Part shown: piece after piece, positions 11,650 through 23,600 of the stretch
How positions within the stretch are numbered: the stretch's first letter is position 1
Layout: every line of letters begins with the position of its first letter
Origin: Malacoraja senta
Lineage: Eukaryota
DNA length: 64,000 nt
Assembly (NCBI GenBank): GCA_038087875.1
Contig: CM075992.1
Span: 746,001 to 810,000, forward strand
Reading direction: 5' to 3'
Position numbers and translations under genes: made by a program
Notes under the pieces: model-generated
Database searches by the model: none
The model's input: the letters and a program-made list of their open reading frames with translations, nothing else
Told to the model about the DNA's origin: nothing

Positions 11650-14600
11650 GTAGGTGCTGTCGCTGTTTAATACTGGGGTACAGTACTGGCTGGGGTACAG
11701 AACTGGGTATGACACTGGGGTACAGTACTGGTGTATAATACTGGGGTACAGTACTGGGTACAGGACTGGAGTGTAATACTGGGGTACAATACTGGGTACA
11801 GCACTGGGTATAGTACTGGGGTACAGCACTGGGGTACAGTACTGGGGTATAATACCGGGGTACAGCATTGGGGTACAGTACTGGGTATGACACGGGTACA
11901 GGACTGGGGTACAGCACTGGGTACAGTACTGGGGTACAGTACTGGGTATGACGGGTACAGGACTGGAGTATAATACTGGGGTACAATACTGGGGTACAGC
12001 ACTGGGGGTACAGCACTGGCAAACAGTACTGGCTGGGGTAACAGGACTGGAGTATAATACTGGGGTACAGTACTGGAGTATAATACTGGGGTACAATACT
12101 GGTGTACAGTACTGGGTATAACACGGGTACAGTACTGGGGTATAACACGGGTACAGTACTGGGGTATAATACTGGGGTACAGTACTGGGGTATAATACTG
12201 GGGTACAGTACTGGAGTATAATACTGGGGTACAGTACTGGAGTATAATACTGGGGTACAGGACTGGAGTATAATACTGGGGTACAGTACTTGGGTACAGG
12301 ACTGGGGTATAATACTGGGGTACAGTACTGGGGTACAGTACTGGGGTATAGTACTGGGGTACAGGACTGGGGTATAATACTGGGGTACAGTACTGGGGTA
12401 CAGGACTGGGGTACAGGACTGGGGTATAATACTGGGGTATAATACTGGGGTACAGTACTGGGGTACAGGACTGGGGTATAATACTGGGGTATAATACTGG
12501 GGTACAGTACTGGGGTACAGGACTGGGGTATAATACTGGGGTACAGTACTGGGGTACAGGACTGGGGTATAATACTGGGGTACAGTACTGGGGTACAGGA
12601 CTGGGGTATAATACTGGGGTACAGTACTGGGGTACAGGACTGGGGTATAATACTGGAGTATAATACTGGGGTACAGTACTGGGGTACAATACTGGTGTAT
12701 AACACTGGGGTACAGTACCAGTGGGGACGGGTGTCTCTATAACACTGGGGCACAGTACCGGTGGGGACGGGTCTGTGTATAACACTGGGGTACAGTACCG
12801 GTGGGACTGGTCTGTGTATAACACTGGGGTACAGTACCGGTGGGGACAGGTCTATGTATAACACTGGGGTACAGTACTGGTGTATAACACTGGGGTACAG
12901 TACCAGTGGGGACGGGTCTGTGTGTATAACACTGGGTTACAGTACTGGTGGGGGATGGGTCTGTCGCTGTAAGTGCTGACCTACATATTGTTCAAGTTTG
13001 GCATTTCTTGTCACTTAACCAATTAAGGTACAGTGAAATTTGAGTTATTCTATTGTGATACTCGTATTTCTTTATACTGAGATGCGGGATGTACATGAGA
13101 CATTGTACATACCTCAAGTCAATGTGATCTTTGTGGACGATGTTAATTATAATACTGAGATAGAGTCCCCATTGTACAGATTTGTCAGCACCTACCTGTT
13201 TCTGACCTGTCTCCCTGTTCTTGGTGCGTACAGGTGTGGCAGGGCATTGTAATGTGCTAATAATCTTGTCTGATCCACCACAACTACGATCTCCATTAAA
13301 CAGCACACACTGTGAACATTGGGACAGGGTGTACTCGTGTGTTGTGCACGTCTGACTTGTACCTTTCAGATTTTCGCCCTAGTTCCACAACGACAAAACT
13401 ATAAAATTAAAAAAAGCTCGTGGAATTAGTCCCTTGTCTCTCTCTGTCTCTCTCTGTCTCTCTCTGTCTCTCTCTCTCTCTGTCTCTCTCTCTCTCTGTC
13501 TCTCTCTCTCTCTGTCTCTCTCTCTCTCTGTCTCTCTCTCTCTCTGTCTCTCTCTCTCTCTGTCTCTCTCTCTCTCTGTCTCTCTCTCTCTGTCTCTCTC
13601 TCTCTCTCTGTCTCTCTCTCTCTCTCTGTCTCTCTCTCTCTGTCTCTCTCTCTCTGTCTCTCTCTCTCTCTGTCTCTCTCTCTCTCTGTCTCTCTCTCTC
13701 TCTCTGTCTCTCTCTCTCTCTCTGTCTCTCTCTCTCTCTCTGTCTCTCTCTCTCTCTGTCTCTCTCTCTCTCTGTCTCTCTCTCTCTCTGTCTCTCTCTC
13801 TCTCTGTCTCTCTCTCTCTCTGTCTCTCTCTCTCTCTGTCTCTCTCTCTCTCTGTCTCTCTCTCTCTCTGTCTCTCTCTCTCTCTGTCTCTCTCTCTCTG
13901 TCTCTCCCTCTCTGTCTCTCCCTCTCTGTCTCTCTCTCTCTGTCTCTCTCTCTCTGTCTCTCTCTCTCTGTCTCTCTCTCTCTGTCTCTCTCTCTCTCTG
14001 TCTCTCTCTCTCTGTCTCTCTCTCTCTGTCTCTCTCTCTCTGTCTCTCTCTCTGTCTCTCTCTCTCTGTCTCTCTCTCTCTGTCTCTCTCTCTCTGTCTC
14101 TCTCTCTGTCTCTTCTCTCTGTCTCTCTCTCTCTGTCTCTCTCTCTCTGTCTCTCTCTCTCTGTCTCTCTCTCTCTGTCTCTCTCTCTCTCTGTCTCTCT
14201 CTCTCTGTCTCTCTCTCTCTCTGCGACTCTCCCTCTGTCTCTCTCTCTGTATCTCTCTCTCTCTCACTATCTCTCTCTGTATCTCTCTCTCACTGCCTCT
14301 CTCTCTGTCTCTCTCTCTGTCTCTCTCTCTGTCTCTCTCTCTGTCTCTTCTCTCTGTCTCTCTCTCTGTCTCTCTCTCTGTCTCTCTCTCTGTCTCTCTC
14401 TCTGTCTCTCTCTCTGTCCCTCTCTCTGTCTCTCTCTCTCTCTCTCTGTCTCTCTCCCTCCCTCTCTCTGTCTCTCTCTGTCTCTCTCTGTCTCTCTCTG
14501 TCTCTGTCTCTCTCTGTCTCTCTCTCTGTCACTCACCCCCCTGTCTACACCCTGCAGACTGCACGGTGCTGCTGTTCTTCCTGTGGCTGCGCTGCCAGAC

Positions 14601-17600
14601 GTGCCGGGAAGTGGTTGCCCGTCTTGCTGCAGTTCTCGTTACTCGTCTCCCTCCCTACGTGTTGCATCCCTTCACCTGGGGACCGCTCACACAGGCCGAT
14701 CCTCCCCGCTATCACGGGCCGGTTGGGCAGAATGGCCTATTGCCATGGTGATGACTCTATGGTGCTACCATCTATCCCACAGTGCCACAGGGGGCAACAT
14801 CAGCAGCCCATCCCAACTTCACCACCTCCCTGATCCCCTGACCTCCTCGTCCCCTCGACCCCTGACCCCCTCGACCCCTGACCCCCTCGCCCCCTGACCC
14901 CCTCGCCCCCTGACCGCTTTGCCCCAGTAACCTGAAAGTCATAGTCATACAGCACAGAAACAGGCCCTTTGGCCAACTTGCCCATGCTGACCCTGGTGTC
15001 CCATCTACACTAGTCCCACCTGCCTGCGTTTTGGCCCATATCCCTTTAAACCTTGTGTAAGGCGGAACTGCAGATGCTGGTTAAACCAAAGACAGATACA
15101 TAAAGGAGGAGTAACTCCGCAAGTCAGGCAGCATCTCTGGAGAGAAGGAATATACTGAAGTCTGAAGAAGGGTCATGATTAGTGCGGGTGTCAGAGGTTA
15201 TGGGGAGGTGGCAGGAGAATGGGGTTGTGAGGGAAAGATAGATCGGTCATGATTGAATGGCGTTGACTTGATGGGCCGAATGGCCTAATTCTTCTCCTAG
15301 ACTTATGAACTATTCCTTTTCTCCAGAGGCACCTGTCCTCTAAACCTGTCCTATCCATGTACCTGTCCAAATGTCTGGCCTTCTCTTGCAGCAGACGTTG
15401 TTGTGAGGCACGAGACAGTGCAGGAACGCCTGGCGGAGATGCTGTTGTCTCTGGAGTTCGTCATCGATCACTACCCCTCACTGAACCCCAACAACTACCT
15501 CCTGGAGACGGCAGCCCTGCTGGTGAACATGGTACACGGTAAGACACCTTTAGTTTAGAGATACAGCGTGAAAACAGGCCCTTTGGCCCACCAGGTCCGC
15601 GCCGACCAGCGATCCCCACACACTAACATTATGTTAGTGTTATTGTGTGGGAAGCAACTAAGTAACTTCCCAGTTAGGAAGCGACTAACAATATTGTGTT
15701 CAGTTCTGGGCTCCTTGTTATAGGAAAGATATTGTCAAGCTTGAAAGGGTTCAGAGAAGATTTACGAGGATGTTGCCAAGACTAGAGGGTGTGAGCTATA
15801 GGGAGAGGTTGAGCTGGCTGGGTCTCTATTCCATGGAGCGTAGGAGGATGAGGGGTGATCTTATAGAGGTATACAAAATCATGAGAGGAATAGATCGGGT
15901 AGATGCACAGTCTTTTACCCAGAGTAGGGGAATCGAGGACCAGAGGACGGGTTGAAGGAGAAGGGGAAAATATTTAATAGGAATCTTTTTCACACAGAGG
16001 GTGGTGGGTGTATGGAACAAGCTGCCAGAGGAGGTAGTTGAGACTGCGACAGTGAAACTAGTATGACAACTAGGGTGGGGAATGGATGGAGAGAGGGAAA
16101 AGCAAGGGTTGCTTGAAGTTAGAGAAGTCAATATTCATATCGCTGGGGTGTAAGCTGCCCAAGCGAAATATGAGGTGCTGTTCCTCAAACTTGCGCTGGG
16201 CCTCACTCTGACAATGGAGGAGGCCCAGGATAGAAAGGTCAGTGTGGGAATGGGAGGGGGAGTTAAAGTGCTGAGCAACTGAGAGATCACATAGATTTAG
16301 GCGGACTGAGGTGTTTAGCAAAATGATCGCCGAGCCTGCTCTTGGTCCCGCCGATATATAAGAGTCCACTCCTGGAACAGCGGATACAGTACATGAGGTT
16401 GGAGGAGGTGCAAGTGAACCTCTGCCTAACCTGAAAGGACTGTTGGGGTCCCTGGACAGAGTCGAGGGAGGAGATATAGGGACAGGTGTTGCATCTCCCG
16501 CGGTTGCAGGGGAAAGTACCTGGGGAGGGGATGGTTTGGATGGGAAAAGACAAGTTGACCAGGGAGTTGCAGAGGGAATGGGTCTCTGCGGAAAGCGGAA
16601 AGGAGTGGAGATGGGAAGATGTGACCAGTGTTGGGATCCCGTTGGAGGTGGTGAAAACGTTGGAGGATTATGTGTTGTATGGGGTGAAAGGTGTGGACTA
16701 GGGGGACTCAGTCCCTGTTGTGACTGGGGGGAGGGGGAGCAAGAGCGGAGCTGCAGGGTACCGAGAAGACAGGAAGCTCTGGTTGGAACCCGAGTCTCTG
16801 CAGTGAGTGAAACCTTGCAGGCTATGACAGGCAGGAAATGCACCAGCTCTGTGGATTTGCTGACATCACAAGCCTTGCTGAGACTGAAGTGCCAGGGCAG
16901 CGTTGGACTGGAGAGCCCGCACCGTACTAGCCCGCCGCGGGCTTGAGGTCACCCATGCCCGGCAGAGGAGCCCACCCACCGTGACCATCATCTGTGAAGC
17001 TCCCTCATCACCCCTTCCTTCCCCGTTAACCCGGCTCCCCGACCAAAGACAGAGGGTTACTGGCGGTTCACTCATTGAAATCACCATCAACACAAGAGGC
17101 ATGGAAGTCACAGAGGAGAATGGTAAGTAAAACGTTTTCCAAGTGCTGCTGTAACTTGGTAACTTAGACAAAGTTCTCAAATTGTTTAGTTGGTTAAAAT
17201 ACAAATTGTCTACAGTCAGAAAGTTGGGTTAATTTTGTTCTCTCAGCCTTTAGTTTCTTGTCTCCATTGAGGTTGCTACAAACCACATCCTGTAACATCC
17301 GTTGTGTTAGTAGAACAAATGGTTGCTGTCTCGGTTGCTACTTGGGGCAATCATGCTGCAAACAAACTCCCCAAACTAAACGATTTGGGCCATTTGCTAC
17401 CCAGTATCTTAACTGTGGGTTGTGACGTAAGACCAGTTGACTTTTACTGGAAAGATTCATTGTGGAAACTCTGAATAATGCAGTGGGTGAAGAAAGAGTA
17501 TCTGGTAAAGAGTTTGCGGAACGGAATTGGGACTTCACTGAATTGCTGACTGGTCTGTTTCCTTCACTGCTTCTTTAATTCATCTTTCGCCATTTTGGGG

Positions 17601-20600
17601 AAGTTAAATCTTTGTAGAGATTTATTTTAAATTCCCTCTCATCTCGCTTTCTCCTAGAGTCATACATAGTGGAAACAGGCCCTTTGGCCCAACTAGCCCA
17701 CACCGGCCAACAATGTCCCAGCTACACTAGTCCCACCTGCCCGCTTTTTGGGTCCATATCCCTCCAAACCTGTCCTATCCATATACCTGTCCAAGTGTTT
17801 CTTAAACGTTGGGATAGTCCTAGCCTCAACTACCTCCTCTGGCAGCTTGTTCCATACACCCACCACCCTCTGAGTGAAAAAGTTACACCTCAGATTCCTG
17901 TTAAATCTTTTCTTCTTCACCTTTCTCGTCCCCCATTAACGTAAGTGCCTGTCCTTGCCTTCACTGGTCAGATATGTCCTCAGTCTCTGGTCTCTGACCC
18001 TGCCAGGTGTGAGACCGTCAAGTCCGGTCCACATATGCACAAGTACAGTGGGCTGCAGGTACAACAAAAATCTTGCCTACAGCAGCGTATCACAGGCACA
18101 GAGTCTCAGACAAATACTCAAAAACATAAAGTTCACATAAATTCTACAAGACAATGAAACGGAAATGACTGTGGGGAAAAAAAACAAGACATTAGTGCCA
18201 AGAATTAATTGTCATATGTACCGACAACAGAAGAAAGAAATTCTTACTTGTAGCATAACATGTCTGTAAACACAATGCTCATGGATAACATATAATAAAC
18301 ACGTTCAATAAACTATTAACCCCAATACAAGAAAAAAAACTAAAGTCCTTAGTGCAAACAATGATAGTACGTATTTCATCCGTTAGTGTTGTGCAGTGTT
18401 CAAGGGCCTAATGGTGTTTGGATGAAATTGTTCTTGAACCTGGAGGCCATGGTTTTCAGGCTCCAAAGATGCTGCCTGACCCGCTGAGTTACTCCAGCAC
18501 TCTGTGAAACGTCACCTATCCATGTTCTCCACAGATGCTGCCAGACCCACTGAGTTACTCCAGCACTCTGTGAAACGTCACCTATCCATGTTCTCCACAG
18601 ATGCTGCCTGACCCGCTGAGTTACTCCAGCACTCTGTGAAACGTCACCTGTCCTTGTTCTCCACAGATGCTGCCTGACCCGCTGAGTTACTCCAGCACTT
18701 TGTGAAACGTCACCTATCCATGTTCTCCACAGATGCTGCCTGACCCGCTGAGTTACTCCAGCACTCTGTGAAACGTCACCTGTCCTTGTTCTCCACAGAT
18801 GCTGCCTGACCCGCTGAGTTACTCCAGCACTTTGTGAAACGTCACCTATCCATGTTCTCCACAGATGCTGCCTGACCCGCTGAGTTACTCCAGCACTTTG
18901 TGAAACGTCACCTGTCAGAGTCAGGGGATATGGGGAGAAGGCAGGAACGGGGTACTGATTGGGGATGATCAGCCATGATCACATGGCACGAAGGGACAAA
19001 TGGCCTACTCCTGCACCTATACAATATTGTCTATTGTACTTCTTCGTGTTGGCAGGGGTGAAATGAGATTGAGGCCATGGTGGTGTGGGTCTCTGATGAT
19101 GCTGGCTGCCTTTTGGGGGCAGCGACTCCTGTAGATCCCTTGAATGGTGGGGAGGTCAGTACTACTAACGTACTGGGCGGGCAGTGTTCAGCACATTTTG
19201 TAATCTCCTGTAAGGCAGCAGCTCTACCGCTGCGCCACTGTGTCACCCCAATGTTATTATGTAAAAGATTATAAAAATACAAGTTGCAGTTGACATTATT
19301 TTGGTGTATCTCGATGTACTGCCATTGAAGAAACCTTACTGTTGAAACACAAACAGAAAATGCCAGGAACCCTCAGCCAGTCAAGTTCAAGTTTGCATTT
19401 ATTGTCACTTAACCAATTAAGGCACAGTGAAATTTGAGTTACAATACACACATAAAATAAAATGTAACAAACAAATACTACAGTGGAATCAACATTCCTC
19501 ACTGTGATGGAAGGCAATAAAGTTCAGTCATCTTCCTCCTTTGTTCACCCGTGGTCGGAGCCTTTGGACCCTCCGCAGTCGCTGCTACAGACCGTCCGAT
19601 GTTCAGGCCCTCTCGTCGGGATGATGGAAACTCCCACGTCGGGACGAATCGTAACACTCCGCGGCATGGAGCTACCGAGTTGGCCGCTCCTTACCCTCTG
19701 TCAGAACTGGAATTGGAGAAAAGAGATTAGTTTTAAGTTGCAGAGGGAGTGGGAAAGGGACCTCATCATTGGTGGGCCTATGATCATGGCCATAAGGTCA
19801 TAAGAGATAGGTGCAGGATTTGGCCATTCAGCCCATCAAGTCTACTCCACCATTCAATCATGGCTGATCTATTTCTCCCTCCTAACCCCATTCTCCTGCC
19901 TTCTCCTCTTAACCCCTGACACCCGTACTAATTGTGAACTGTGCACTGACGTGATGGATTGTGAGGTGAAGCAAGACTTTCTCAGTTCCCCGGACCTGGG
20001 AAAGTCAACTATATTGTGGTTCTTGAGCATTAGTACAGGTGTCGGGGGGTTATGGGGAGAAGGCAGGAGAATGGGGTTGAGAGGGCAAGATAGATCACCC
20101 CTGATTGAATGGCGGAGTAGACTGGGTGGACCGTATGACCTAATTCAGCTCCTATGACTTTATGAACCTGTTGCAACTCACTCAGGAAGAAAGATTTTTG
20201 CAAAATTTCCCCAAGCCAAGCTATTCTGAGTAAGTACACAAAATAAGAATTGTGGAAGTAGGTGTGTGGCCACATACACGTACTTTGTGGAACTTAATTA
20301 CAAATACGTGGGGATCAAATATCATCCAATACAATTGGTGAACTTTAAAAAATCCTTATTCCATTTGAAACTCTATCAGTATTTCAATGCTGAAAACTAT
20401 GTTTTGCAATCTGGTGAATTTCTCTTTGTTCTACCTGTTGAAACTGTGTGTGGCCTGATTGTGTTCATGTACAGTATAATCTGACGGTTGGATAGCACAC
20501 AAACAGAGGTTTTTCCACTGTATCTCGGTAGACTTGACAATAATAAACCAATTTCACAAGTTATAGGAGTAGAATTAGGCCATTCGAGTTTATTCCGTCA

Positions 20601-23600
20601 AAAACCAATACCGGTCAGTTGATGGGCCAGATTATTTTGCAGAAACAAGAAACAGAAACAGATAGTTGTTTACAAAAGTCAGTCTTGGCAATGTTGTGTA
20701 CCTTCTGCTTTGAAAGATGGCATCTAGCCTGGCAACTCTAATATTCAGCACTCTGACCAAGGGTGCACACAGAGTGCTGGAGTAACTCAGCGGGTCAGGC
20801 AGCATCTCTGGAGAACATGGATAGTTAACATTTCAGGTCGGGACCCTTCTTCAGACTGATTGTGGTGAGGGGAACACCTCTCTTCCGGCTTTCTCCCCTT
20901 CCACCCCAATCAGTGTGAAGAAGGGTCCCCATCCTTTAATTCTGAGGCTATGACCTCTAGTCCTAGATTCTCCCATGAGTGGAAACCCTCTCCACATCCA
21001 CTCTAAGCCTTCAATGTTCCAATGACGTCTCCCCCCCTTCATCCTTCTAAACTCCAATGAGTCTGCGAGCTTAATCACCCCCAGAGTGTGTGATCTCTCA
21101 CAAAGGTGGCAAGGTGGCGCAGCGGTAGAGTTGCTGCCTTACAGTGCCAGGTAGCAACTCCAGTCTTTGACATTGCCACCCTGGGGGGATAAAAGGTTCT
21201 GACTGTCTATCCTATCTATGCCTCTCATAATTTTATAGACTTCTGTTAGGTCTCCCCTCAACATCCAGCCTTCCAGAGAAAATGTTAAAATATTAGATCT
21301 AAGAAAAAAGGCTGTAATGTCATCAATCAGAACAGCACATGTCTGGATCAGAAGTGTTTAGAATTCAGCAAAGGTGGGAGAAGGTGTAATAGGGAAATAA
21401 TCTGATAAGATATATTAAAATAATTTGTAGAAGCACCTGCAGCCTTGTAAAAAGGAAAAGACAAGCAATAAATAACATGGCTCCTCTGCAGACTGAGACA
21501 GGAGATATAATGTTGGAGCAAGAGGAACTGGCAGATGAGATAACCAATATTTTATTTCTGCCTGCAGGGAAGATGTGGAGAACTGCAGGTCTAGAGAGAA
21601 TGAGGAGGTGAAAGAAACTAGTATTAGTGAAAAGAAAGTGTGTAGCTATTAATGGGACTGAAAGTTTCCGACGATCTGCATCCCAGGGTTTATGGAGCGT
21701 GGAAACAGGCCCTTCGGTCCGCCGAGTCCATGCTGACCAGCAATCACCCATATACCATGGTCACAAAATGCTGGGTCAGGGGGTCTCAGCGGGTCAGGCA
21801 GCGTCTCTGGAGAAAATTAATAGGTGACGTTTCAGGTCGGGACCCTTCTTGTAGGGAACAGACTGATTGTAGGGAAGGGGAGTGGGGGAGTGGGGGAGGG
21901 TGGGGACTGGAAAGAAGTAAAAACCAGGACAAATCAGGGCCAGCAACAGAAGACCTCGGGCAGGGACGATTGTTGGCTATGTTGGATACATTGATGTGAA
22001 CTGTGGAATTTGTTTAGTTTAGAGATACAGCACGGAAACAGGCCCTTCAGCCCTAAGAGTCTGCACTGACCAACGATCTCTGCACATTAACACTATTTGA
22101 GGGACAATTTACACTTATACCAAGCCAATTAACCTACAAACCTGTACGTCTTTGGAGTGTGGGAGGAAACAGAAGCTCTTGGAGAAAACCCACGCAGGTC
22201 ACGGGGAGAACGTACAAACTTCGTACAGACAGCACTCGTAGTCAGGATGGAACCCGGGTCCCTGGCGCTGCAAGCGCTGTAAGGCAGCAACTCTACCAGA
22301 CTGGTTAATGGACTTTTAGTGGAGGTTGGTATTTTACGGAGGTGGTGTTCAGGACCAGAGATGCTCGGGCTGTTTTCCGCTGGAATTCAATACTGGAACG
22401 GCAAATTACACCCCACTATTTCAGAAAGGGGAGGAAGAAAGCTGGAAAACATTCAAGAAAGGAAAGCAAGAGAAAACTGTAAATTGTGGACCAGTTAGCC
22501 TGACGACAGCAGGGAGAAATGCTTGAGTCAGTTAGTAAAGAACCACTGACATGTCATTGAGAAAATAATCATAGGACCCTGCTGAGTCAATGTGAAAGTT
22601 GTGAAAGGGAAATCGTGCTTGCAAATAGGTTTTCTGAGGTTATAAGAAGTCGAATAGATAAGGGAGAATCGATGGCCATTGTGTACGCAGAGTTTTGGAA
22701 GACCATCAATAAGGTGCCACAAAAGGGCGGCACAGTGGTGCAGCGGTAGAATTGTTGTCTTATAGCGCCAAAGACCCGGGTTCGATCCTGACTATGAGTG
22801 CTGTCTGTGCAGAGTTTGTATGTTCTCCCTGTGACCACGGGTTTTCTCCGGGTGCTCCGATTTCCTCCCATTCTTCAAAGCTGTGCAGGTTTGTAGCTTG
22901 ACACATAATGCTGGAGTAACTCAGCGGGCCAGGCAGCATGTCTGGAGAGATGGAATGGGTGACATTGGGTGAGAAGGGTCTCGACACAAAACGTCACCCA
23001 TTCCTTCCCTCCAGAGATGCTGCCTGTCCCGCTGAGTTACTCCAGCATTTTGTGTGTATCTTTGGTGTCAACCAGCATCTGCATTTCCTTCCTACAGGTT
23101 TATAGGTTAATTGGCATCTGTATATTGTCCCTAGAGAGTGTAGGTAGAACTAGTGTACGGGGTGATTGGGAGTCAGTGTCCGATCGGTCCATTTCCACAC
23201 TGTATCTCTACAACTAAAAACTAAATAAGAGTTTATTAAAACAACATTAGAGCACATTGAATGAGGAGTAATATATTGACTGAGAATGAGAATATATTTG
23301 CATCTGCAGTTCCTTGTTTCTACCTCTGAGCTTTAATAGTTTGCCTGACTAAATGTCAGGTTGGGGAAGGGATTTTTTACTGAGGTTTAACATTCACCCA
23401 CGGTGTCCGGAGTGGCTGCTGCTGTTTGTATTTCATTGGGCCAAGTGGTTATACATTTACAATCTGCGTAATACTCATGATAAACTACCACTGTGGACAG
23501 CATCGATCATTTGGGCAAAGTCCAGCTGGTCTTGGCCACGTGCCAATGGTGATTTGGTTATGAGTGCAGTACATCTGCCCACAGCCTTTAGTTTATTTTA

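Noticed and set aside
11626..12864. 385-412 aa minus-strand ORFs (PVLYPS repeats)
   Set aside because: Translations of the 13-bp minisatellite, open in several frames.
13407..14897. 286-487 aa ORFs (LSLS / RERE)
   Set aside because: Translations of the (CT)n microsatellite.
18467..18915. CRISPR-like regularly spaced repeats
   Set aside because: Units are contiguous and near-identical with no unique spacers; eukaryotic context and no cas genes.
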